This document shows, in pieces, positions 7,680 through 16,914 of a stretch of DNA of 64,000 nucleotides (positions are counted from its first letter, which is position 1; every line of letters begins with the position of its first letter). The stretch lies in the IMG/VR virus record IMGVR_UViG_3300045988_171958, positions 1-64,000 of that record; one strand, written 5' to 3'. The notes below the pieces were generated by a model, which did no database searches, was not told the DNA's origin, and worked only from the letters and a program-made list of their open reading frames with translations. Origin of the DNA: a virus. A program made the translations under genes and the position numbers.

Positions 7680-10289
7680 ATGGCAAACAAGCTTTTTTAC
7701 ACATACATACACGGTACAGATTATAAAAATGACAGCTTTGTTCCTAGTAAGATGATATATTCTTATTGGGATTCATTGATATTTGATGTAAATCATCGTA
7801 CTATATGGCATCAAGGTATGCCGTTTGGTAATGTATATCCAGGTACATTATCGTATGGTGAAATATTCAATGATCTTCAGAATAATATTGCACTTGGAGC
7901 ATATTCCCATGCAGAAGGATATAGCACTATTGCTAAATCAAATTATTCTCATGCAGAAGGATATAAAACATTTGTAGATGGAGTTAATGGGCATGTTGAA
8001 GGCAATTCTTCTTATTCTTTAGGAGAGAATTCTCATGCTGAAGGTAGCTTTTCTTATTCTAGAGGAACAAACTCTCATGCTGAAGGAAATAAATCTGAAG
8101 CACAAGGTAGAAATGCTCATGCTGAAGGTTTTCTTACTTATGCTATAGGTGAAGATTCACATGCTGAAGGAATCAATACTTATGCAAAAGCTAACTATTC
8201 ACATTCTGAAGGTAATATTACTAAAATAGAAGTTGATGCAGAAAACTCACATGCTGAAGGTTACAATACAATTGTAAGTGCTAAGAATGCTCATGCTGAA
8301 GGTAATACTACAATAATAGAGAATACTGGAGAAAACTCACATGCTGAAGGTTTGAAAACAAAAGTCAGATCAAAAAACTCACATGCTGAAGGTAATGAAA
8401 CATTAACCACAGGTGATAATTCCCATGCTGAAGGTTATAAATCAAAAGCATTTTCTACTAATACCCATGCTGAAGGTAATACTACACAAGCAATTGGTGA
8501 GAATTCTCATTCTGAAGGGCATAATACTGAAGCTAAATCTAAGAATTCACATGCTGAAGGAAATCACACTATAGCTGCAGGAGAGAATTCTCATACAGAA
8601 GGATCTGAAACAAGTGTAAATTCCCCTTATACACATGCAGAAGGAAATAATAATGCAATAAATACATTATCTGATTCTTCACATATTGAAGGATCAAACA
8701 ATAATATATCATTTTCAAAATCTTCACATGTAGAAGGTGATAACAATGTGAATGGTGGTAATATAGGTATCATAGCAAATTCACATTATTCCCATGTAGA
8801 AGGTTTGAACAATAAGAACTATGCTATAAATTCTCATGTAGAAGGAAAAGATTCATCTAATTTTGGTAAAGAATCTCATATAGAAGGTGTTGGCCATCTA
8901 ACTTATGCTTATACAAGTCATATAGAAGGATATGCAAATAAGATTGGAAAGACCATAGGTGATACAAAATATGTTCATGTTGGTGGTACCAAAAATACTG
9001 TATATCCAAACAGTGAGAATAATGTAATATATGGTCATTCAAACAAAGTAAAGGGTATATACTCTGAAGTAAATGGTGAATCTATAAACAGTTATGCAAA
9101 CTATTCTGTTTTAAGAGGTAGTTTATTACAAATAAACAGTAATGGCATTGAAAATAACCAAAAAGGAATAAATTTTGTAAATGTTTCGGGTAATAACATT
9201 ATAGTTGAAGAAAATGCAACCTATGGATTTGCCCATGGTTCTCACATAAGATTACAATCTCCTTATGAAGTTGGTTTTGGGAGATATACAAAATCTTATT
9301 TAGATAATCAAAAGCAAGATAAGGAAAATACAATATTCATCATAGGTAATGGCAATGCTAGTAAGGAATCAAATGCTTTAGATGTAAGAGAAAATGGAAT
9401 AAGCTATCTTTATAAAGGAATATATACTTGGGATTATGTAGAAGACTATCCTTATTCTACTGTTGCAGATAATCCATCATCATACTGTATTACTAGAAGA
9501 CAACTTGCTCAAGTAGCAACAGTTACTTATGTAATGAGAAATTCCGCTGGTAGAAGAAATTTCTATCCATTAGTAAATGATCCAGATGATCCAGGAAAAC
9601 TTAAACCTAAATTTGCTTATGCCGAGTATTTCAATAATTATGGTGATGGCAAGAGTGCTCCTAACAATGCTTATGCTGATTTCTGTCATGCAGAAGGATG
9701 GGGTACTTACTGTCATACTGGTGGTACTTATTCTCATGCTGAAGGTTGTGGTACAGAAACAAGAAATCCAGGAGAACATGCTTCAGGTAACTGGAACAAA
9801 TCATCAGACAATACTTTGTTTTCTGTTGGTTGGGGTACAAACAATGTAAACAGAGCAAATGCTTTTGAAATAAAGAGAACACCAACAACTGATGGTATAG
9901 CTTTCATAGATAAGAAACCAATAGTTACTTCTATATTGAATGGCACCGGTCCTACTTATATGTGGAAGGGTGATTATGATGACTATATAAAGATTAAACA
10001 AGTAGATCCAAATACCTTGTATTTCATATATGATGGAGATGCTTCTACAAGAAATGACTTCATCAGTATAGATCAGATGGATGATATAGTAAACAGAAAA
10101 GTAGAAGAAAAGATCAAACAATATACTCAAGGTATGCTTTACAATGCTAATTATAGTCCTAAATTCATTGGATCTGGTGGTGATTCTAACTTTAGTTATG
10201 TTTGGTCTGGTAATACAACAGACTTTGCTGGTCTTGGTTCTCTTGCTAATGATGTTAATACAATATTCATCATAAGAAACAATAAATAA
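7680..10289 (+). CDS. Tail fibre/spike protein with SHAEG-type beta-helix repeats
   Basis: 24 consecutive [ST]H[AVI]EG repeats with a ~14-aa period, then FIIGNGNASKESNALDV and RANAFEI motifs. The start was moved to ATG 7680 because a terminator hairpin lies inside the track's N-terminal extension. Confidence 0.75.
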   Translation: MANKLFYTYIHGTDYKNDSFVPSKMIYSYWDSLIFDVNHRTIWHQGMPFGNVYPGTLSYGEIFNDLQNNIALGAYSHAEGYSTIAKSNYSHAEGYKTFVDGVNGHVEGNSSYSLGENSHAEGSFSYSRGTNSHAEGNKSEAQGRNAHAEGFLTYAIGEDSHAEGINTYAKANYSHSEGNITKIEVDAENSHAEGYNTIVSAKNAHAEGNTTIIENTGENSHAEGLKTKVRSKNSHAEGNETLTTGDNSHAEGYKSKAFSTNTHAEGNTTQAIGENSHSEGHNTEAKSKNSHAEGNHTIAAGENSHTEGSETSVNSPYTHAEGNNNAINTLSDSSHIEGSNNNISFSKSSHVEGDNNVNGGNIGIIANSHYSHVEGLNNKNYAINSHVEGKDSSNFGKESHIEGVGHLTYAYTSHIEGYANKIGKTIGDTKYVHVGGTKNTVYPNSENNVIYGHSNKVKGIYSEVNGESINSYANYSVLRGSLLQINSNGIENNQKGINFVNVSGNNIIVEENATYGFAHGSHIRLQSPYEVGFGRYTKSYLDNQKQDKENTIFIIGNGNASKESNALDVRENGISYLYKGIYTWDYVEDYPYSTVADNPSSYCITRRQLAQVATVTYVMRNSAGRRNFYPLVNDPDDPGKLKPKFAYAEYFNNYGDGKSAPNNAYADFCHAEGWGTYCHTGGTYSHAEGCGTETRNPGEHASGNWNKSSDNTLFSVGWGTNNVNRANAFEIKRTPTTDGIAFIDKKPIVTSILNGTGPTYMWKGDYDDYIKIKQVDPNTLYFIYDGDASTRNDFISIDQMDDIVNRKVEEKIKQYTQGMLYNANYSPKFIGSGGDSNFSYVWSGNTTDFAGLGSLANDVNTIFIIRNNK
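7900..8935 (+). repeat. Degenerate ~42-bp (14-codon) periodic repeat encoding G.NSHAEG..T
   Basis: tc(a/t)catgc(t/a)gaagg recurs about every 42 nt. Confidence 0.8.
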
Positions 10290-10309
10290 AATTGACTTAA
10301 TATAAGGAT

Positions 10310-11797
10310 ATGGTAGTTATACGAAATGGTAGATTCATATCTAGAAAGAAAACCTCATCTGATGAAGTACATCAGATGAGATATAAATCTAATGGAGATA
10401 ATGGATATGGATATGAATTGAAATATAATAAGAAAAGAATATGGCCTTCATTTAATGTCAATTGTTTAGAGAATACATTGTCATTTCATTGGGATACAAC
10501 AGATGGTTTAGGAGGTATTCAAGGAAACAAACCAATTCCTGACAATTCTTCTAGTGATAAAATCCATGAATTTGATCCTAATGGGGGTAATGGATATGTG
10601 AATTTGATTGATAGAGAAACATCATTATGGCATAGACCTGAATTGCAAATATTGGTAATTGGTCCTAATGATAGTAGTAACATTCAAATTGGTTCTATAG
10701 ATTCTATAAAGTTACCAGGAAATGTTGATAGTGCTGGTATAATAAAAGCATCTACAGATTTTTCAAATGATGATATTACTAAAGTAAAAGAACTTTATAA
10801 GAAAGAATTCAATATTTCTACAAACAATATTGTCATAAATAAGTATAAGATAAAACCAAAGCAACCAGATGAATTTTATGATGGCAATGGTAATTATACT
10901 GATGATTATAAATACACACCTTGTTATAAAAGTACAGAAGATTTTTGGACACATTTTACAGTTAATCCTAACAACTCAACAAACAACAGATATGGTATGA
11001 TAATCATATCTAAGATTTATACTAAGATTGGAGAAACAATAAATTTACTAGAACTTGGAAAATCTGTAAAGTTAGCATCTTGGTACCAAAAACCTAACAT
11101 TCTTTATTATTGCCATGCAAACTGGGTTAACCCAACAGATATTAAACGTATAACAAATGATAGTTGTGAATATAATGATCTGAATGCTAGTGTTTACTTA
11201 CATATAGAATTAGGAATATCACCTGATGGTGGAAATACAATATTTTGGAATGATTCACATAAAGATTCTGTAAAATACCAAGCCATAAAAAATTTGAATG
11301 CTTCTATACCTGATGTACTAACAACAAGTGCTGTAACTGTTAAGATATCTGGAACAGATTCAAATCGATTCTTATCTAATTATGGTGTACAAGTAATTAA
11401 TGGAAAATCTGCTGATAAGATAGTAAGAATATTATTATATCCAAAATATATAAATAATGAGGATAATAATACAAATTATAGTAAAGAAACATATTACATA
11501 GGTTATACTTCTGATGATTACAATAACTCAGCAAACCCTTCTAATAAAAAACATGATTCCGATATAGTTGGAATAGATGGGAAGAATTGGGCACAATCTG
11601 GTTATATGTCACAATCAGAAGATAATGTAGATACACCATCAAACAATGCTTTTAATGATGTTTCAACATCATTTAGAATAAAAAGAATGATATCTACATC
11701 CAATTGGAATATAAATCTTAATGTAGAAGTAAATATAAATAAAGAAACATGTCCTGGGTATATGACACAAGAAAAATATACCACAGTGAAAAAATAA
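10310..11797 (+). CDS. Hypothetical virion-module protein
   Basis: 495-aa ORF between fibre-like genes. Confidence 0.75.
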   Translation: MVVIRNGRFISRKKTSSDEVHQMRYKSNGDNGYGYELKYNKKRIWPSFNVNCLENTLSFHWDTTDGLGGIQGNKPIPDNSSSDKIHEFDPNGGNGYVNLIDRETSLWHRPELQILVIGPNDSSNIQIGSIDSIKLPGNVDSAGIIKASTDFSNDDITKVKELYKKEFNISTNNIVINKYKIKPKQPDEFYDGNGNYTDDYKYTPCYKSTEDFWTHFTVNPNNSTNNRYGMIIISKIYTKIGETINLLELGKSVKLASWYQKPNILYYCHANWVNPTDIKRITNDSCEYNDLNASVYLHIELGISPDGGNTIFWNDSHKDSVKYQAIKNLNASIPDVLTTSAVTVKISGTDSNRFLSNYGVQVINGKSADKIVRILLYPKYINNEDNNTNYSKETYYIGYTSDDYNNSANPSNKKHDSDIVGIDGKNWAQSGYMSQSEDNVDTPSNNAFNDVSTSFRIKRMISTSNWNINLNVEVNINKETCPGYMTQEKYTTVKK

Positions 11798-11819
11798 GAA
11801 TATCATAGAGAAGTACAAA

Positions 11820-14800
11820 ATGGCAACAGAATATGGCAAACCAAAATTCGAAGATTCTAGTAAAAACTTAATGTTTACTATGAAGGGCCAACCTAGTGAT
11901 GATGAGTTGGCCAGAGTAGTAAATGTTGTAAGTAAAAACAATATTTCTATATCTAATTTAGGATTCACTTCTAGTTCTGAGTATTCTAAGTCACATAATA
12001 GTGATGTCACTTATGATATAGTTGTAAATACTAAAAATAATACTTATAGGATAGATTGGAAACTTAAATCAAATATTGGTAAGCATCCAAATAAAACAAC
12101 TTCTCTTAAATATGGGTTGCTAAGTTGGTTTAATAATGGTAATGAGGGTACAAAAGGAAATCCAGTAACATATACTTCTACTAAACACCAAATGTATGGA
12201 GAAACTAATTTCAATTCTTCATCAAGTTTAGCAGCTTTACGTTATTTTGACGCCAAAGTTAGGGTACATGGATTAGATGGAGATTCTAATAAAGAAGTTG
12301 TATTCAATACAGCATCTTCATTTGCTGGGGATAACAAACAAATAAAAGGTGTTGCTCAAGGATTCTATAATTATGATAATCCTTATACAGTATTTAAAGC
12401 TAAAGCTGGATATAAAGATAAAAATGGAAATTGGATATATCCTAATTGGATATCTTTCCAAACAGCAAATGGTGGAATAAGTAAAGAAATATCTATTACT
12501 TCATCATCAGGAGATATATCTACTGATGACAATGCCCATTATCTTATAGTAAGTGATAACTCCCCATCTGTAAAATATGGTGATATTTCTGGTACACAAA
12601 CGGTTCATTATAATATAGATAAGGATGTTAATGGAAATTCTATATCTAATACACATGCAGGATCTGTAACATTTACTTCTGATAACAATGGTAAAGCTTT
12701 TACAAACACAGATACGAATAAATCTAATGCTACTTCTACAGATAGACATACTACTATAACTTATTTATTAGAAGATTATAACACTTCTTCCAGTGGTTTA
12801 TCTAATACTATATCTGGTTCATTTACTTTATATCAAAAGGGTGGTAATATACCACCTAAAGATCCAGAATTGACTTATGATTGGAGTATAATAAATGGTA
12901 CTGAAAAATATGTTTCTAGCACAAAAGTTGTAAAAACAAATGTTACTGCTATTACTCAAGATGATAAAGGTAATAAGTATACTCAATATTACTCTTATGC
13001 TAACAAATATATAATAAATGTTAAAGATAATAGTGGTACTATTGGTAGTATAACAGGTACTCCATCTATATCGGCTATATTTAATCCTAAGCCAGTATAT
13101 AAGACTGGAACATTTACAATTAGTGGTTTAACTATGACTCCAGCTGTTAATACAAGTAGTAGAGATATAACTGTACGTACAAAAGTATCTGGTAATTATT
13201 GTACTAATTTTAATGTTTCAAATACTTATGTAGATACAACTGTTACACAAGCTGGATCTAATTGGTTGCCAAAACCTACTGTTGTTGGTAAATTATCAAT
13301 AACATGTGAAAACCCGCAAACAGATAAAATAGATCAAAGTAGTCCTGCATCATTCAAAATAAAGCAATCAGTTTCTGGTACTTATTCAACAAGTCTGAGT
13401 AACGTATTATTGAATGGAAATACAAGTAATGAATTTTATTATGAATTTGGTACTATATCAGCTTCTTCTACTAATATAAAAGTTTCTGGTGATATAAAAG
13501 TAACAGAACCATCAAATAAGACTTTTACATATAAAGGTGGATCTATAAATGTTACCATGTATCCTGGATCTCTTACATTTGATGCTGGATATTCAAAGAA
13601 AGTTGATGATATAAAATGGAAACTTAAATTTACACCGGATTCTACCCAAAATAATAAACAGTATACCAATGTAAAAAGTACAGAAATAACAGTTACTCAA
13701 ACTGGTATCACAGAAGGTTCAGAAAAAACTTATAATCCATTGATAATAACTGGTAAATCATCAAGTAATTGGTTAACTGTAGGAAATACTTGTACATTTA
13801 ATTATAATGATTATAATAATTATATAAGTACTAAACCAGCTAAAATGGCTTTAAGTGCTAATCCTAATAGAACATCTGTAAATAAAATTACTGTTACTGA
13901 TACATATGCTAGTAATGTATATAAAGTAAAGATAACCGATGTTGATGAATCCGTAGAACAAACCGCAAGTTTGGCTTTAAGCAGTTCTGATTCTAATACA
14001 ACTTTAAATAAGACTTCTATAACAGGATTCAAACAATCCACAGAAGCAATAAACTGTAATGTTTCATTATCTTATAAAGATCCAAATGGAGCTTCTAATA
14101 AGTATGTAAATTTAATAGGTACTGGTTTAAGTATATCTGATACTAATGAACATAATTTATCTATACCAAGAGGTACTACTGGGCATACAAACAACACACT
14201 TACAGGATTAAGTGCAGTTGTTGATGGGGATAATGATAAATTGACAATTATTACAAGTGATGGTAAAGTTTTATGGTGGTCTCCTAATCCTGATACTTCT
14301 GTATATTTAAATGTAAATGCTTCTGGAAGTAATCTTGGAGAATATACATTATCCAAATCAAGTATTACTGTTAGTATTCCAGGAGATTTGAAACAAACCC
14401 CTTGGGTAAAATGGTATTCTAAAGCTGAAGGTGGAAGTTGGACAAAAATATCAGATGAAGCTTCTAATCCAAGTATATCACAAAGTGGTAGTGCTGCTTC
14501 TGCTACTTCTTCTAGTCCATCATTAACTGCAAGAGGTACTGGTTATGGGTTAACAAACAAACCATTCAAATTAACCAGAGGTAAACCATCTTCTGCATCT
14601 ACTAAAGTATATTATAAAGTAGAATCAAGTGCCGGAAGTGCAGGAACTGATGATAGTGTGTATATAGAAAGAACAGATGGTTCTACGGGATTTGGACAAG
14701 TATCTGTAACTGCTTCTTCTACTAATATATCTATTACTGCAGATAGTTCTATATCTGTTGGATCTGAAAATTTGCAAGTACCTGGTTCTACGCAGTATAC

Positions 14801-16829
14801 TGATTGGTATGTTTATGGTCCTACCGTTACTTTAGGAACTCCGTCCATAACTACAGAAGCTGGGCTTTCAAAAATTACCACATGGAAAGTTGGTGCTAAA
14901 AAATCTGGTGTCACTATACCAGAAACAATATCTGCATTTGCAAAACCAAAAGATAAAGAATTCAAAATATCTGTATCTGTTAACCCATCAGTTACAGCTA
15001 GATGGGAAGCTTCAATATCTGTTGGTAGTTTGACATCATCTGATTCTGGTACATTTGATACATCAAGTTATGGATCTGGTAAGATATATTCTAGTATAAC
15101 TTATAAATGGAATAATAGTGATGAAGAAGTAACAAAAGAAATAACTTGGAAACCAGATGTACATGCTGCTAAAGAAGATTATGAAGAATCAGTTTCATGC
15201 ACAGTAACAGTAACATATCAGGATGGGACAAAAAAATCAGATACATTGACTTGGAAAATAAAAGTTCTTAAGACAGATGTTACATTTGCTGGTACTTTGA
15301 AATGTAGTGATGATAAGACAATAAATGCATTTGATCCACAAACTTATGATACATCTGCTTGGGTTGATAAATATAAGGTTACTGCTACTTCAGGTACATT
15401 AACAGAAGATTGGACAAAATCTTATCCTCCGGTTTTAAATGCAACAGAACATAAATTAACTGCAGTACAAGGTACCGATGCAACTACTACAGGTAGTACA
15501 TCATTTAAGTATACTTTCAAAACACCAGAAATTTCAAATGCTAATGCTAAAAATACTCTTGAGGATGAACATACAGTTTATTTATATTGCTATGGTGTAA
15601 CAGTTGACTTTGCTGGTACTTTGAAATGTAGTGATGATAAGACAATAACTGCATTTGATCCACAAACCTATGATACATCTGCTTTTGTTGATAAATATAA
15701 GGTTACTGCTACTTCTGGCTTACCAACTGTTGATGAAAATGGAACTGTTACAAAACCTGCACCAACAGAGGATTGGACAAAAACTTATACTTATACTTTG
15801 AATGATACAACACATAAGTTGACTGCAGTACCAGGAGCTAATGCAACTACTCTTGGTTCTTCAACTTATGAATATACATTTGCATGTCCTGTTAGTAGTA
15901 TTCCAAATACCATTGCTATTGGTAATAATGCTTCTAGTAAGCATACGGTTAAATTGTATACTTATGGTGTATCTCTTGACTTTACTGGTACTTTGAAATG
16001 TAGTGATGATAAGACAATAACTGCATTTGATCCACAAATTTATGTTACTACATCATCATGTCCAGATTATACTATTACTGCTAGATCAGGTATCAATTCT
16101 GATAATGAATATTTGAATGGTATAAATGGAAATAATGTAACAACACAAAATTGGACTAATATTAAAGTTAATGGTGTATCAACAGCTAAGTCATATAGTG
16201 ATACATATCCTCCTGTATTTAATGCTACAACATATAAGTTGACTGCAGTACCAGGAGCTAATGCAACTACACTTGGTTCTTCAACTTATGAATATACTGT
16301 TACATCAACTTATCCTAGTGTAGAAAGTAAGTTAGTTGTTAATACTAAATTACAAGACAAGAAAGAAGTTACTTTATACACTTATGGTGTATCTCTTGAC
16401 TTTGCTGGTACATTAAATGTTAATGCCCCTAAGACAATAACTGCATTTGATCCACAAATTTATGTTACTACACCATCATGTCCAGATTATACTATTACTG
16501 CTAGATCAGGTATTAATTCTGATAATGAATATTTGAATGGTATAAATGGAAATAATGTAACAACACAAAATTGGACTAATATTAAAGTTAATGGTGTATC
16601 AACAGCTAAGTCATATAGTGATACATATCCTCCTGTATTTAATGCTACAACATATAAGTTGACTGCAGTACCAGGAGCTAATGCAACTACACTTGGTTCT
16701 TCAACTTATGAATATACTGTTACATCAACTTATCCTAGTGTAGAAAGTAAGTTAGTTGTTAATACTAAATTACAAGACAAGAAAGAAGTTATTTTATACT
16801 GTTATGGTAAATCTTATTACAATAAATAA
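11820..16829 (+). CDS. Giant fibre-like/decorating structural protein with tandem Ig/BACON-like domains
   Basis: 1669-aa S/T/N-rich ORF. Four C-terminal repeats begin D[FV][AT]GTLKCSDDKTI.AFDPQ.Y. Confidence 0.7.
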   Translation: MATEYGKPKFEDSSKNLMFTMKGQPSDDELARVVNVVSKNNISISNLGFTSSSEYSKSHNSDVTYDIVVNTKNNTYRIDWKLKSNIGKHPNKTTSLKYGLLSWFNNGNEGTKGNPVTYTSTKHQMYGETNFNSSSSLAALRYFDAKVRVHGLDGDSNKEVVFNTASSFAGDNKQIKGVAQGFYNYDNPYTVFKAKAGYKDKNGNWIYPNWISFQTANGGISKEISITSSSGDISTDDNAHYLIVSDNSPSVKYGDISGTQTVHYNIDKDVNGNSISNTHAGSVTFTSDNNGKAFTNTDTNKSNATSTDRHTTITYLLEDYNTSSSGLSNTISGSFTLYQKGGNIPPKDPELTYDWSIINGTEKYVSSTKVVKTNVTAITQDDKGNKYTQYYSYANKYIINVKDNSGTIGSITGTPSISAIFNPKPVYKTGTFTISGLTMTPAVNTSSRDITVRTKVSGNYCTNFNVSNTYVDTTVTQAGSNWLPKPTVVGKLSITCENPQTDKIDQSSPASFKIKQSVSGTYSTSLSNVLLNGNTSNEFYYEFGTISASSTNIKVSGDIKVTEPSNKTFTYKGGSINVTMYPGSLTFDAGYSKKVDDIKWKLKFTPDSTQNNKQYTNVKSTEITVTQTGITEGSEKTYNPLIITGKSSSNWLTVGNTCTFNYNDYNNYISTKPAKMALSANPNRTSVNKITVTDTYASNVYKVKITDVDESVEQTASLALSSSDSNTTLNKTSITGFKQSTEAINCNVSLSYKDPNGASNKYVNLIGTGLSISDTNEHNLSIPRGTTGHTNNTLTGLSAVVDGDNDKLTIITSDGKVLWWSPNPDTSVYLNVNASGSNLGEYTLSKSSITVSIPGDLKQTPWVKWYSKAEGGSWTKISDEASNPSISQSGSAASATSSSPSLTARGTGYGLTNKPFKLTRGKPSSASTKVYYKVESSAGSAGTDDSVYIERTDGSTGFGQVSVTASSTNISITADSSISVGSENLQVPGSTQYTDWYVYGPTVTLGTPSITTEAGLSKITTWKVGAKKSGVTIPETISAFAKPKDKEFKISVSVNPSVTARWEASISVGSLTSSDSGTFDTSSYGSGKIYSSITYKWNNSDEEVTKEITWKPDVHAAKEDYEESVSCTVTVTYQDGTKKSDTLTWKIKVLKTDVTFAGTLKCSDDKTINAFDPQTYDTSAWVDKYKVTATSGTLTEDWTKSYPPVLNATEHKLTAVQGTDATTTGSTSFKYTFKTPEISNANAKNTLEDEHTVYLYCYGVTVDFAGTLKCSDDKTITAFDPQTYDTSAFVDKYKVTATSGLPTVDENGTVTKPAPTEDWTKTYTYTLNDTTHKLTAVPGANATTLGSSTYEYTFACPVSSIPNTIAIGNNASSKHTVKLYTYGVSLDFTGTLKCSDDKTITAFDPQIYVTTSSCPDYTITARSGINSDNEYLNGINGNNVTTQNWTNIKVNGVSTAKSYSDTYPPVFNATTYKLTAVPGANATTLGSSTYEYTVTSTYPSVESKLVVNTKLQDKKEVTLYTYGVSLDFAGTLNVNAPKTITAFDPQIYVTTPSCPDYTITARSGINSDNEYLNGINGNNVTTQNWTNIKVNGVSTAKSYSDTYPPVFNATTYKLTAVPGANATTLGSSTYEYTVTSTYPSVESKLVVNTKLQDKKEVILYCYGKSYYNK
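15961..16800 (+). repeat. Two tandem 420-bp near-identical copies inside the 1669-aa gene
   Basis: 15961-16380 versus 16381-16800 differ at about 16 positions by manual count, 11 of them within ~30 nt near the unit start. Older, more diverged copies lie at ~15277-15960. Confidence 0.9.
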
Positions 16830-16852
16830 TTTTTATAACAAAACAATCTTAC

Positions 16853-16886
16853 AAAGGGAAGAATTAGTTCTTCCCTTTTAATTTTT
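16853..16886 (+). terminator. Intrinsic terminator
   Basis: AAAGGGAAGAA-TTAG-TTCTTCCCTTT, an 11-bp stem followed by TAATTTTT. Confidence 0.75.
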
Positions 16887-16914
16887 ATATAAGTAAGAAA
16901 TCAAAATAATTAGC

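Noticed and set aside
15961-16800. The near-identical 420-bp repeats in a fibre-like gene could be a DGR template/variable repeat pair.
   Set aside because: The mismatches are not adenine-specific; they include T/A, G/A and multi-base changes clustered in one patch. Both copies are in-frame domains of one ORF, and no reverse transcriptase is in the window.
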